A stretch of DNA of 64,000 nt, taken from assembly GCA_030141605.1 (NCBI GenBank), contig JAQGDQ010000051.1, forward strand, positions 248,001 through 312,000, read 5' to 3'. Below, one piece after another: positions 38,818-48,953 of the stretch (position 1 is the stretch's first letter; every line of letters begins with the position of its first letter). A program made the position numbers and the translations under genes. The notes below the pieces were generated by a model. That model was not told the origin of the DNA and searched no databases. It saw nothing but the letters and a program-made list of their open reading frames with translations. Source of the stretch: Tubiluchus corallicola (taxonomy: Eukaryota > Animalia > Priapulida).

Positions 38818-39837
38818 CCAGAAAATGAGAAAACCAAACGTTTCAACTCAATACGGCGCACTTTCTTTAAAGAAAAAACAAAAATACAACAAAAATTTTT
38901 ACTGAATACCAATTTTCGTACTGTATAAATTATAACACATTTGGATACAAAAATCATACAGCTGTGGAAAACGTAATAGAAAGACAAAAATAGTACAAAA
39001 TATATATTTTCTTTTATTTAAATTATTGTGCAGAATGATGTAACGAAACCTCTGATTTGTAGACCAAATCCGCACCCATGGATTATTTCAAATTCTAACG
39101 AAGAATGTTGTTACTTAATCACTCGAGTAAGTGGGAACAATCATGATTCTACTGCTCTCCGAGTGTGCAAATATTAAATAAATGGGAAATAAATTGTTTC
39201 TGTCATGAATCGTATAGTTTTTTGCCTGGCTTATGTGGCTATTCTTTTCTGTTTCGGCTCTAACTACGATGATATTTATTGCCACTCTCTCATTTGTGGT
39301 TTTCTCTTATTAAAGCGGCTGAACATGTCTTCACTAATAATTTCTATAGTAAGTATAACAATTTAATATTCCAATCTCTAAACAGTTTCTATGACAGTAA
39401 ACGCGTCTGGTCCTATCGATATTGCGTTATTAATTTTCCACCTGATGTGAAAACAATAACAAACAATAATACTGCAAATAACGTCGCTGGAACAAAATTT
39501 TCTTTGTTGTGTCCCATCAGTACAAAATTTTTATCAAATAAAAGTTAATTTTATGATTTTCTTTATACAATTTCGGCAGGCCTTTCGTTCCCATCTTGCC
39601 AGTGAATCCACGGAAAAAATTCTTGGACAAAACAATATGAATTAATGACTGTTGACATAAATTATATTGTATATTGGGGTAATGTCGGCCACATTTACAT
39701 TTCGTAAATGACTTACCTTGTATTTTCACTAGTATTTTATGTACAGGCTTAGCAGACATGTCGATGGATTTGTCTGCTTTACAGGAATGCTGGCTTTGCT
39801 GATTGGCTATAAAAACGCAAACTAGCTCACTTGACAT
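3592..39837 (-). CDS. Fife: RIM-family (Fife/Clarinet-like) presynaptic active-zone scaffold, 24 coding exons, about 1573 aa (ZnF-PDZ-C2A-C2B)
   Basis: Exons join with GT-AG boundaries and matching phases into one open frame of 4722 nt. Domain order is Rab-binding helix, Cys8 zinc finger with [18 protein letters not shown]2A, C2B. RIM-family membership is strong; Fife versus RIM is an inference from C2B motifs. Confidence 0.85.
4353..4495 (-). CDS. RIM/Fife-like exon 23, C2B part 2
   Basis: [48 protein letters not shown]. Confidence 0.95.
4970..5083 (-). CDS. RIM/Fife-like exon 22, C2B part 1
   Basis: [26 protein letters not shown]. Confidence 0.95.
5154..5240 (+). mobile_element. tRNA-derived SINE-like copy in intron 21
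   Basis: B-box ggttcaaattc followed by aggctgtg, shared with the 51600 copy. Confidence 0.5.
5466..5557 (-). CDS. RIM/Fife-like exon 21, pre-C2B GPGQ motif
   Basis: [13 protein letters not shown] matches the RIM LGPAQLV motif. Confidence 0.9.
5842..5938 (-). CDS. RIM/Fife-like exon 20
   Basis: [31 protein letters not shown]; phase 1 to 2. Confidence 0.8.
6140..6229 (-). CDS. RIM/Fife-like exon 19
   Basis: [30 protein letters not shown]; GTAAGT donor. Confidence 0.8.
6768..6833 (-). CDS. RIM/Fife-like exon 18
   Basis: [21 protein letters not shown]; phase 1 to 1. Confidence 0.75.
7863..7988 (-). CDS. RIM/Fife-like exon 17
   Basis: [41 protein letters not shown]; GTGAG donor. Confidence 0.8.
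8328..8408 (-). CDS. RIM/Fife-like exon 16
   Basis: [26 protein letters not shown]; TTTCAG acceptor and GTAAGT donor; 81 nt, symmetric phase. Confidence 0.75.
10008..10163 (-). CDS. RIM/Fife-like exon 15, inter-C2 linker
   Basis: [23 protein letters not shown]...EMP; phase 1 to 1; GTAAGA donor. Confidence 0.8.
10559..10754 (-). CDS. RIM/Fife-like exon 14, C2A part 3
   Basis: [38 protein letters not shown]. Confidence 0.93.
10810..11085. repeat. Mixed (CAC/CTG/CAG/CAA)n low-complexity tract
   Basis: Direct reading; it generates spurious ORFs. Confidence 0.85.
11411..11504 (-). CDS. RIM/Fife-like exon 13, C2A part 2
   Basis: [27 protein letters not shown] (KT...P.WN..F motif). Confidence 0.93.
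11865..11998. repeat. Degenerate tandem repeat of about 36 bp
   Basis: cagttttaaattttaattagttctaaagaacatttg-like units, about 4 copies. Confidence 0.75.
12106..12290 (-). CDS. RIM/Fife-like exon 12, C2A part 1
   Basis: [32 protein letters not shown]...[11 protein letters not shown]. Confidence 0.95.
13227..13300 (-). CDS. RIM/Fife-like exon 11, SH3-ligand motif RRRLPKAP
   Basis: [25 protein letters not shown]; GTAAGT donor; resembles the RxLPxxP RIM-BP-binding motif. Confidence 0.85.
13860..14300. repeat. (CAT)n and (GAT/CAA)n degenerate trinucleotide tracts
   Basis: Direct reading. Confidence 0.8.
14572..14967 (+). CDS. Candidate terminal exon of an unknown gene nested antisense in RIM/Fife intron 10
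   Basis: 131 sense codons without a stop in AT-rich DNA; K/E/L-rich helical composition; CAG acceptor. An upstream phase-0 exon candidate at 14401-14460 is preceded by a TACTAAC branch point. Confidence 0.4.
   Translation, partial: VHRTFLPEKRQAVIFSEQGVLDVLRNLEKIPDFTQANSVRSVKTLVLNLVVYLKIHKEKLIYKMFSKRQSHTGINQQTVDEFLRILEDKIKTNDKLLKYFLIAEKKIHIEAAFSKKDESGLQKVFEQKHAK
15329..15461. repeat. (CA)n/(CGCA)n compound microsatellite
   Basis: Direct reading. Confidence 0.97.
15756..15826 (-). CDS. RIM/Fife-like exon 10
   Basis: [23 protein letters not shown]; phase 2 to 1. Confidence 0.8.
16085..16205 (-). CDS. RIM/Fife-like exon 9, PDZ C-terminal part
   Basis: [35 protein letters not shown]. Confidence 0.93.
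17026..17151 (-). CDS. RIM/Fife-like exon 8, PDZ core
   Basis: [41 protein letters not shown]. Confidence 0.93.
17168..17410. repeat. (GGT/GTT/GAT)n trinucleotide tract
   Basis: Direct reading; abuts the acceptor of the PDZ core exon. Confidence 0.95.
18985..19900 (-). mobile_element. Decayed LINE 3' fragment
   Basis: KLRTYRT...NYL...[12 protein letters not shown] remnants. Confidence 0.55.
19980..21260 (+). mobile_element. Decayed LINE (L2/Crack-like) 3' half
   Basis: [14 protein letters not shown]...RLCTCG...[10 protein letters not shown] Cys-His tail followed by AATAAA. Confidence 0.7.
22070..23050 (+). mobile_element. Decayed CR1-like RT fragments interrupted by an opposite-strand LINE tail
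   Basis: AGRQTKF/PDEIP-like, [10 protein letters not shown] and [11 protein letters not shown] remnants. Confidence 0.55.
23550..24330 (+). mobile_element. CR1-like LINE RT fragment (5' part of a split element)
   Basis: [28 protein letters not shown] and QYADD motifs, with frameshifts. Confidence 0.85.
24360..25080 (-). mobile_element. LINE 3' fragment (RTEX/L2-like Cys-His tail)
   Basis: EDEMHFVMK...[11 protein letters not shown] tail; similar tails at 18985-19900 and 49930-51000. Confidence 0.6.
25090..28380 (+). mobile_element. L2/Crack/CR1-group LINE with near-intact APE endonuclease ORF and internally deleted RT
   Basis: ORF 25332..27008 has [35 protein letters not shown] and SDH; then GPSEI, NYRPIS and [12 protein letters not shown]. 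No YADD region. AATAAA near 28365. Confidence 0.93.
28440..29420 (+). mobile_element. CR1-like LINE 3' part (continuation of 23550-24330)
   Basis: [24 protein letters not shown]...[10 protein letters not shown] is the post-YADD CR1 region. Confidence 0.75.
30104..30175 (-). CDS. RIM/Fife-like exon 7, PDZ first strand
   Basis: [24 protein letters not shown]; CAG acceptor, GTGAGT donor; phase 1 to 1. Confidence 0.75.
30550..30950. repeat. Long imperfect inverted repeat (foldback)
   Basis: Arms of about 190 bp, e.g. cagcatttgtcgtttaca / tgtaaacgacaaatactg and agttataaaaata / tatttttataact. Confidence 0.85.
31070..31216 (-). CDS. RIM/Fife-like exon 6
   Basis: [20 protein letters not shown]...YKDPSGLP; phase 1 to 1. 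Confidence 0.8.
31549..33394 (-). CDS. RIM/Fife-like exon 5, 1846-nt low-complexity S/R/K/E linker
   Basis: Lies in the 647-aa ORF 31469..33412; acceptor TGGCAG|GGA and donor G|GTAAGT. Confidence 0.9.
33668..33832 (-). CDS. RIM/Fife-like exon 4, zinc finger part 2 and SGAWF-like motif
   Basis: [23 protein letters not shown]; phase 0 to 0. Confidence 0.9.
34644..34866 (-). CDS. RIM/Fife-like exon 3, zinc finger part 1
   Basis: ACRLC...[14 protein letters not shown], three CxxC pairs; phase 2 to 0. Confidence 0.9.
35460..37100 (+). mobile_element. Decayed L2/Crack LINE RT region in intron 2
   Basis: [44 protein letters not shown] and LILPYLSYC motifs. Confidence 0.85.
37195..37327 (-). CDS. 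RIM/Fife-like exon 2, Rab-binding helix
   Basis: [32 protein letters not shown] matches the RIM/rabphilin LSHLTEEE..I..V..RQ helix; AG/GT flanks. Confidence 0.9.
37432..37466. repeat. (TA)n microsatellite
   Basis: Direct reading. Confidence 0.95.
38085..38368. mobile_element. hAT-type MITE (similar termini to 2207-2521)
   Basis: Termini cagccctggattaa / ttaatccatctctg. Confidence 0.5.
38754..38814. repeat. (CT)n microsatellite
   Basis: Direct reading. Confidence 0.98.
39717..39837 (-). CDS. RIM/Fife-like exon 1 (putative start, MSSELVCV...KILVKIQ)
   Basis: ATG at 39837; donor AAG|GTAAGT; phase 1 fits the next exon. The true start could be the internal MSAKP or lie further upstream. Confidence 0.6.
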
Positions 39838-40617
39838 TGTTCAGAGTGCATAGAAACTAGCTGGTCGACATTAGCCTATTAATGCTACACATTACTTCCA
39901 GATTATTATTAGGTAACAACTTACTTTGAGTGCTTGCTACTTCAATAATTCAATAATGTTTTTCAGTGTGGTCTAAACACACAAAATTGTACAATATTAT
40001 GCTTTCAATATCAAGTTTGCAAGTTTGCCAAGAAACCGTTGTGTTAGGTTTGCTAAACCTATTCCATTTTCACATGGGCTTTAGTAAAATTAATGCAATG
40101 ATGTTTTTGTCAAACCTGCTGCGAAATTGAAACCATAACCACAGCAGAGGACGTTCGTGTTGGTTCGTATTTTAATGGCCTTGACACTGTTTAAAGAAAA
40201 GATGTAAAATCGAGTAGGACTATGCTGACGACAGGAAATACTAATTTAAAGCCTAACTATATTATGCATGATTAGGCAGCTGGCATAGTGATCTATTCAA
40301 AATTTGTAACGTGTTGCACTGATAAAAGAATTTTTGCTAAATTTTGGCTAGAATAATTAACGTTAGATCTTGTAGAATTTTTGCTGAATAGCGTCTCACA
40401 TAATTACGTTATGCAATTGTAACAGAGGTTTTCATTGGCGATTTTAACAAGTTCTCTTAAAATGTAAAAACAGTTTATTCTAATTTAAAGAAAGAAGCAG
40501 GAAATACATGGAAAGAATACAGTGTTTTGATGGACTTACTACGTGAAATTTTGAAGTGATGGTGCATGAAACCTCATCATGGAAAGTCATATTAATTATG
40601 TTTTATGGAAGCCATAA

Positions 40618-40702
40618 GGAAAGTCATATTGACAGTCATAAGGAAAGTCATATTGACAGTCATAAGGAAAGTCATATTGACAGTCACATGGAAAGTCATA
40701 AG
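40618..40702. repeat. 24-bp tandem repeat, about 3.5 copies
   Basis: Unit ggaaagtcatattgacagtcataa. Confidence 0.9.
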
Positions 40703-41419
40703 ATTTATATAAAATAACTAAAATCATTGGTGAAGGAAATTAGTAGCATGATCTTTAAAAAAGCCTTTGCTAAAAAAAATTGTATTTATACAGCTCCGAA
40801 TGCTGCATGTTCAAATGTGTGGAAGAATAGTTATAGAAATACGATTAATAGACTAGTAGAAGCAGTTGTTGCAAATATTGTCAAAAATAGCTTAGCTTAT
40901 ATGAAAAAGAGCTATCATCGCTTGCGTTATGCAGTTACGCTGACAACTTAAGATTCTGCTTAAGTTTCTAACAACTTAAGATTCTGCCATCTTAGTTCTC
41001 AGAGAACTTGCAGGGCAAACTTCCAAGGTAGGGTGACTATGTGACCCGCCAACCACTGGGTAAGTCACGACATAAACGGAGCTTCGTTTTTTAATTCTCT
41101 AATATCCTCCCACAGTTTTTGAGCTAGAGCAGTATTTTTGGTACGTGGCTAGGTGGATTCGAAAATTTGTGCACGTATATGTGTGTGCGTGGAAATTTTT
41201 TACGCTAATCTTTGGGTGCTTGGGACATTAATCCTTTCAGAGTTGAACAACAGTAAATTATCATACGTGTATGTCAAATGAAACGTCTCGATTGGGCTAT
41301 TTGAATGGTTACGATCTGCACGTAAAATTTTCACTGGTTTAAAGTTTTATCGGTTTTTTTCATTCGTAATTACGTTTGCATATAGCATTGTTACGACGGC
41401 GAAACACTATTCATTTTCA

Positions 41420-41630
41420 CCCGCTAGGCAGGTTCTAAGTTCGATACTGCGGCCGGTTCATGCCAAGGGCTTTAAAAATGGCACCTGCTGTTGCCCTGCC
41501 TGGGTATGATATTTAGGGTGGTAAGACGGGGAAATAATAGTCTCTGTTATGTGTGTGTAGGATTGCTATTTATGGTCGTCAAGCGCAAGCTTACGTTAAC
41601 TGTTTATCTAAAAGCCGACTTTAAATAAAG

Positions 41631-41699
<69 letters not shown>

Positions 41700-41730
41700 T
41701 TCATTATCATCATCATCATTATTATTATAT
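41420..41730 (+). mobile_element. SINE-like element with B-box and (ATT)n tail
   Basis: gttcgatac B-box-like head, a body, then aataaa and a long (ATT)n. Confidence 0.5.
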
Positions 41731-43069
41731 TACCCCCATGCACTCCACATTGTGATGGTTCGATCCATTACGAAGCCATTGCATATCAGCATTGCAAACG
41801 AGGTATAAAACCGTTGATACGGAACAACCTCGTTGATTCAGCAGGTAGATAGACAAATGGTTTTACCATCACAGCACCTGTTCCGTAAACACAACATGTA
41901 TGAGGCACACAGGACAAGTTTACTGGCGAGTTTGTTTTCTGTAAATATTTGTCATTATATCGTCTTACTCTGAGGTATCTTTATGTAGCTGATATGCAAC
42001 ACACATCTGCAGAAAACTTATCATCATCCTGGCATGGAATCCGAATTACGAGGGAACGAACCGAACAGGGGAGAGCAACCAATCAAACCCTGGCGGCGAG
42101 GAACCGGCTTCGTTAGAGTATTTTGTTTTTCAAAAAAATATATACGTCGACATTATTAAACGTTTTTCTAATATAGACGAGAAAAATCATGTCGTTAAAG
42201 TCTTCGTCAGGTTTTTAAATAAATTCGAACGAAGTTTCGTTCAAACTACTGTTTTAAATCTTTCACGTCGACTTTTAATTTGCTAACCTTCTTTAGGTTC
42301 TGGAACTTACAAGTATGAATTGTCCTTAATTATTTGTGTGATTAAAGTTTCTATTACCTTGATTGATGTAAGCAACAAAAGTGCCATCGTGTCACCGTCT
42401 ATTAAGTTCACCGCAGAATTAATGGCAGTCTCTCTAATGACCTGTTCAATTTTGTCTTTAAACTGTCTTTTGAACTTGCTTCGACGTCTTATATGTATTA
42501 ATTAGTCGTTAGTTCGGTAAAAATAACTTTGCAAAAACACAATCCATAAGTCGTTTCTAATAAGTTAAATATATGTAACCGACTAAATGTAAATCCATTT
42601 GACTAATGCAGACAATATAATGAGGATTCGTTTCAGTTAGCACTGATATCTAATGTTGAAATTTGTAAATACCCGTTTGTTTTTTATTGTAGTTTCTAAT
42701 GAAGACATGCAAAAGGCTATACAAGCTAACATCAACACGTACTACAAAATTTCTAAAATCTTTGCTCGAAAAATGAAAAATCACTTTCATGACCAATCAG
42801 CTACTCTTTGTGGTATTTTGTTCGTTTGTTTGTCACTTTTTTATTTCACAGTCAAGCTCTTTGCAGTGATAGCTGTAATGACTGCCAGTCCAGCCTGTTT
42901 GCATTATCAGCAATCATATTAACGCGTTATTAGTCTAATGTAGAGAAGGAGTCCTGCTAACGTCATCCGCCTTCGCCCAGTAGTTGTGTTCTGGAATGCC
43001 TATTACACTGGCAGTTTCTTTGAAATAAGTTAAACCCCTATAGGTATGAAGTCAGCATAACGGAATATT

Positions 43070-43600
43070 TTTGAGCTATAGCTTGAGACGCGCAAGCTGC
43101 CAGTCAGTTTGAGCTATAGCTTGAGACGCGCAAGCTGCCTGTCAGTTTGAGCTATAGCTTCAGACGCGCAAGCTGCCAGTCAGTTTGAGCTATAGCTTGA
43201 GAAGCGCAAGCTGCCAGTCAGTTTGAGCTATAGCTTGAGAAGCGCAAGCTGCCAGTCAGTTTGAGCTATAGCTTGAGACGCGCAAACTGCCAGACAGTTT
43301 GAGCTATAGCTTGAGAGGCGCAAGCTGCCAGTCAGTTTGAGCTATAGCTTGAGACGCGAAAGCTGCCAGTCAGTTTGAGCTATAGCTTGAGACGCGCAAG
43401 CTGCCAGTCAGTTTGAGCTATAGCTTGAGACGCGCAAACTGCCAGACAGTTTGAGCTATAGCTTGAGAGGCGCAAGCTGCCAGTCAGTTTGAGCTATAGC
43501 TTGAGACGCGAAAGCTGCCAGTCAGTTTGAGCTATAGCTTGAGACGCGCAAGCTGCCAGTCAGTTTGAGCTATAGCTTGAGACGCGCAAACTGCCAGTCG
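43070..43600. repeat. 38-bp tandem minisatellite, 14 copies
   Basis: Unit tttgagctatagcttgagacgcgcaagctgccagtcag, head to tail with no spacers. Confidence 0.97.
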
Positions 43601-44649
43601 CCGGCGTTGCTAAGTTTATTAACCATTGCGGTTTATTTCACAACTATTAGCATTGCCGATATTACCATGTAATAAACATTACTATTGCTTCTGTCAGCAA
43701 CCATTGTTTGCAGTGCTGACGAATCTGGGACGAGTGCGTTACTTTGGTTTAACGAGGTGGTTGTCATCGCCATCATTGTATGAAGTTTCGTTGAACCTGA
43801 AGTCACGGTGAAGTCCGTGATGGACAGTCCATTTTTAGTAGGGTAGGCTTAACCCACTGGTAGTGAATTCAATACTCCGCAGTTTACAGCTGCAATTTTA
43901 CTTTTGATTCGCTGATGTTGATTACGTGTTTAGTAAGCCAAGATCTTCGTACTTATCTGCAGCATTTGCTAGCTAGCACAGTTTCGTTTGTGTACTGTCA
44001 TCGTTGGATTGGCGTCATCGAGAGTACGTCATCGGCGCTTACGTGTGCTATGCCCACTGACCCCTTCCAGCTCTGTTATTTGACTCGGGAATATATTTGC
44101 TTAATTAAAGTCCTGTGATCATTAACTATTATTGTTTAACTGTGAACTGCTTCTTAAAGTACGGTTAATTAAGAATTTGATATAGATTAAATTTTGTTGC
44201 GTTTTATCCTTCATTGTTCAGTTAATCATGACTCCTAAGTTCCGAGGCTCGGGTTTCGCTAGCCCTTGTACGAAAACAAAAAAGCCTTAACCTCCTAAAT
44301 TTTAGTAATAAACTCGTGTCATTTAACACAAGTCCAATATAGCACCTTTCGTTCTTTCTCTCTTCTTTTCTCCCTATTTTCTACCCATGTCCGTAGTACT
44401 CGTGTTGTCTTTTTCAGTCACCTTTGCCAACCAAAATCAATAAATGCATAAATGATTTGAATCGAAACAGGTCTTACTTCGAGAGCAATCCAACTTCCTT
44501 GCCTACTTCATCTGAAGTTCATAACCGCATCTTAGTGAATGAAACACTTTTTAATACTGAAGGTTCAGTTTCTACCACCAATCATGTTTTCGCCCGCTGC
44601 TCCAGCTCATGAAACTTCTTCAAGCAAGCAAGTCCACAGCTAAGGTAAT

Positions 44650-44960
44650 TAGACAGCAACAGTAGGTGTACAGAAACAATAAGTACACAACAACAATAAG
44701 TACATAGCAACAGTGAGTATACAGTAACAGCAAGTACTTAGTATACAACAATAGTAGGTACAGAGAAACAAGAAGTACGCACTACAGTAAGCATGCAGGA
44801 CAGTAAGTACACAACAACAACAGTGAAAATACAGCGACAGTAAGTACACAGCTGCACAAAGCATGTAGTGACAGTAAGTACACAGCAACAGTGATTACAC
44901 AGCAGCAGTAAATGCACAGGAGTAACGTAAGCACACAGCAACTATAAGTAGTACTATGTG
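44650..44960. repeat. Degenerate minisatellite
   Basis: Repeated acagtaagtacacagca-like units. Confidence 0.75.
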
Positions 44961-46069
44961 TACGTACAACTGTAGTGCTAAAATGTAATTTTCTGCAAGA
45001 ATGAAAACATTAAAACTTATTATGCAAATTTTAAGTTTAATAAAATGTTTTATTATTTTCCCAATCTCTTACGCAAACGTTACATATATAAACAAGTTTA
45101 CATACGTGATTATTTGAATTCGTACCTTGGTAAGAAGTGACATGCGCTCCAGGACAGTCAAACTTGCTTTACCATTATGAAAAGTAATAATTTAGTAATG
45201 TTTATCACAGATTTAATTCTTTACAGCGCATCGCAATTCTACACTGAAATATTTCAACTACAACTGGAAAATAAAAAAAATGGCTACAAAATATCAGATA
45301 ATACACAGACATTTGAAGCTAAACACAATATTTATACGAAAAGGCAGTCGCAAAAATAATCTGTCTTATCTAAGTTATTCCTGCGTTATCAGTGTCTAGA
45401 ACAGCTCAATATACAAGGTGCGCGGAACCTCTGCGCTGTTGTTACCAATTTTCTTTCAGTAATTACATATGCAAAGATGGTAAAAAGGCGCGTGACAAGT
45501 TTCATAATTTCATTTAAAAATTTACTCATAACTATACAATAGGTTTGTTAGTGTTTTTACGCAAAGAGCTCACTAGCTAGGTATGGGACGATCTGATTGG
45601 ATGTTCTGTAGGACAATTATTGTAGAATCTGGGACAAACCGTAAGCGCACTTTTCGACAGATGTATAAATGCTATGAATCTCTATTTTGTCGTGTAAATA
45701 GAATGTATAATAATGATAGTAATTTTTTTATTTAAACAATACAGTTAGAAAAACAGTACAAAGAAATATTGTGGGTTCTTGCCTGGCTAACGTCTCGCAA
45801 TAAGCTGACAATCTTCACTATTCGCCTTATTTTAATGTAAGCGCTACGAAATTGTCGTGTGACTCGCGTTCGTAACAAAATCATAAGATCATAATTATTA
45901 TTGTCAATAATATTATGAGATAAAATTTAGCAAAGTTGCAACTTAGAATTTCAATAGTATATCACAGTGATTAACTTCATATACGGATAAACGTAAGTCT
46001 ACCGTGCACGATGATCTGAAACTTTTCATTTTTTGCAAACACCATCTTCTATTTTCCCCTGAAGGTATA

Positions 46070-48210
46070 TCAGGTGGTGCAAAAAATGTGTCGAGGTTTT
46101 GATCACGACATTAATTAAAAGAAGAAATAACACAATCGTTAAAAAATTACCATACTGATGTTGTAGACCATTACTAAAAGTTTTTTGGTCACTCCTTTGG
46201 ATTTTGCTAAAAATACAGAAGTTTTACAACAATAAGTCACAAAAATAAATGCCGGAAATGTGTGTCACTATTGTTAAAATTTACAGCAAGTGCTCCATGT
46301 GCATAGGCATACGAGGGCGCGGGACGGGTTCGCTGGTTCCCTCCCAGGGCAAATAAATTGAACATTTTCAGGGCAAATGCTCGTTATTTTCAGGGCAAAT
46401 AGTTCCGTTTTAGGATTTCTTATTTTCAAAAATTGCTTGCGTACTGGCTACAGTTAAAGTGTTTCTTATACGACAAAATATACTTCTTATACTTCAATTC
46501 ACTAAACTTCATAAGTCCTTTATAAGTGGCACTTTTTAAACACATGCCTGTCATGTACTGGCAAGGTTGTAGACATGTTTGTAATAAGAAAAACATAATC
46601 CGTCACCATTATTTCTTTTGAATTTCTGAAACAATAGAAAACGTATATTTGAAAGTATTCGTATGTTTGCTCAGTGAAAAAAATTGGACTTTTTGCATTT
46701 GTGCGCTATAACTGTTGCAATTACTATTGGTTACGAGAAAATTATTGCCCCTACTGTACAGAAGAAACCAAAAAGAAGAGAAAAAAACTGATAAAACTAT
46801 TATAAAGCGCATTTAATTTTGAGTGAAGTTAGTAGAAGCACTGACTGTCAGAAATTTACCGGGTACGTTCACGCTGGATTCTCACTGGGAATGCAGTCAT
46901 TGCTCTTTTCTTTTTTCCTCTTCATTAATTTTTGATTTCTAACAATAGTAAGTGGAAAGAACTTTAAAAACAATAATGATTAAAACATATTATTAAAAAA
47001 TACGTTTACGTCTACTTGTGATTGCTTTTATGTATAGCGAGGCGATCATTTCCTGACATTCTCTGTTTATCCTATTGAATAAAAATACGTGTAAATACAA
47101 ATAAGTATAAACATACAGACCTATAAGTGTAAGTACTTTGTTTTTAGACGTATTTGTCAGTCTATGCTCTACAGAATTATATAAGTCGTTGTTTGCACTT
47201 ATTTTAAATAACTCAAACTAGTCAACTTAGAACATTTTCAGGGCATTCCTTCTACCCCCCCCCCCCATGTGAAACTGCTTCCGTACGCCTATGTCAGTGT
47301 GCCCTCCATTTTTACTGCAAACAAGACCAAGGCATTTCTTTCACCAGCTGACACAGTTTCTCACTTCTCCCAAATGTCATTTTATGTCACAGCCTATGAG
47401 TCGTTCCTCCGGTATCTATAAAGTTGGAACTAAAGTTCCAAGGTTATTCCTTTCGAATGAAACTTCTACAAGTCACATTCTTAAAATGCTTTCTGTGAAA
47501 ATAAAGGCTGCAGTAATACATAGTTTCTCACTTCTTCAAGGGACATTTGCCAGCACTCAACAATTTTTTCTTTCAGTTCTTTTGCACCAAACAGCTCTGT
47601 GCGGCCAATGTGGCACCGTAATCCAGAGGATTGAATCCCTTTTCTTATGATAATAATAATATTTATTTATTTATAGAGTGCAGAAAGCAACCAATTAGTA
47701 TCATCTGTTGGGCATTAGTAGGGCGTACACAATTATTACTGAAAGCACAGACTTACAATTAAAAATGACTGCAGTAAAAATATAAGCACATATTGATACA
47801 AGTATACAAGCGCACAGAACAATCACAAAAGTATTTAGAAATTCACCAGGCACATTGATGTTAACATTCCTTGGCACGAATCTTTGTCAGTGCTTTTCTG
47901 CGGTGAAGAAAATGACGTAAACTGGTTGATACTTTATTGTTTTGCTGCAATGTGAATGAGTGATTTACATGTCAACGTTGCTGTTTTCCAATTGGCTGTT
48001 GGTTGACATTGTTCCGGCAGGTAATTTTTAACGCACAAAAACGTTTCGGCCATAACTTAAAAAAACTACTAAAATTATAAACTTGTAACTTTCGCCCCCC
48101 CCCCCCACAATATATTGTAGCATCACGCTGTGAAATTTCAAATTTGCAGAGCACTTGCTTCTAATATTATTGTAGTCTAAAAACTTCGGCACACTTTTCT
48201 GCGCCACCCT
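46070..48210 (-). mobile_element. Decayed Tc1/mariner-superfamily DNA transposon
   Basis: About 30-bp TIRs (caggtggtgcaaaaaatgtgtcgaggtttt / aaaacttcggcacacttttctgcgccaccct), TA-rich flanks and an NPLDY transposase remnant near 47620. Confidence 0.6.
46302..47293. mobile_element. hAT-type non-autonomous element inserted in the mariner-like element
   Basis: TIRs cataggcatacg / cgtacgcctatg; subterminal cattttcagggca repeats; imperfect 8-bp flanks tccatgtg / tcagtgtg. Confidence 0.65.
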
Positions 48211-48939
48211 ATATTATATGATCATCTATTTCATACTGCTGGCCTAAAATTTTACTAAATTATTGGCATTTTGTTTCTCCAACAAACTAATGAAACAAGA
48301 TATATTATCATAATTCCCAGTGAGGCATTGAAAAGGTGTCGTATCCTGTAATTTCTTTCTTGTAACATTTACACTAATAACTTATACTATCTAAAAAATA
48401 TATTCTACGTTTATTAGGTCTATAATAGAATCTCTTGTATAATTAACATTACGTGAGTAGGAAATGGCGAAATGCAAAGCTGCCAAAATAAAGTAATAGT
48501 GCAATATACAGTTTTTCTTCAAGTTTGCAGTGACGATGGCATAGGTTCTAGGTCAGCAGGGCACTTAGTTGCCTTAATCAAATTCCAACTCTGGGACTTG
48601 AGTTCCAGTTGCGGCAATGCCCTGGGCACCAGAAGGAGACAAAGAAACTTTACAACTTTATTTTCATATATACAGATTCACTTAAGTTCGCACAGATCCT
48701 TTCTTATTTAATGTGACGTGAGTCATATGACCCCATTTCATATAGTTCGTGTCTGCTTCTTTTGAAAAATGTCTTGTGCAGCAGCGTTTGCGTAATGTCA
48801 GTCATTAAGTAAGTGTAATATGGCCCTGCATGTCATATCTATAGGTACATAGAATAACAGTGCTGTTCGAGTTCGTAAAGCATTATCATCAACCTTTTGA
48901 GGTTTTTCAAGTTTTTATTACGGACTGATGCAGAGACGC

Positions 48940-48953
48940 GTTTCTATGGCAAC
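48940..48953. promoter_or_regulatory. RFX X-box-like motif GTTTCTATGGCAAC in the region between the two divergent genes
   Basis: Matches GTTNCYATRGYAAC; YY1-like ATGGCG motifs near 48463 and 49219; function untested. Confidence 0.3.

Noticed and set aside
43070-43600. CRISPR array (38-bp palindromic repeats)
   Set aside because: Units are directly adjacent with no unique spacers, there are no cas genes, and the context is eukaryotic.
44418-44644. Plus-strand exon-like segment with good acceptor and donor
   Set aside because: All three frames contain stops and no partner exons were found; at most non-coding.
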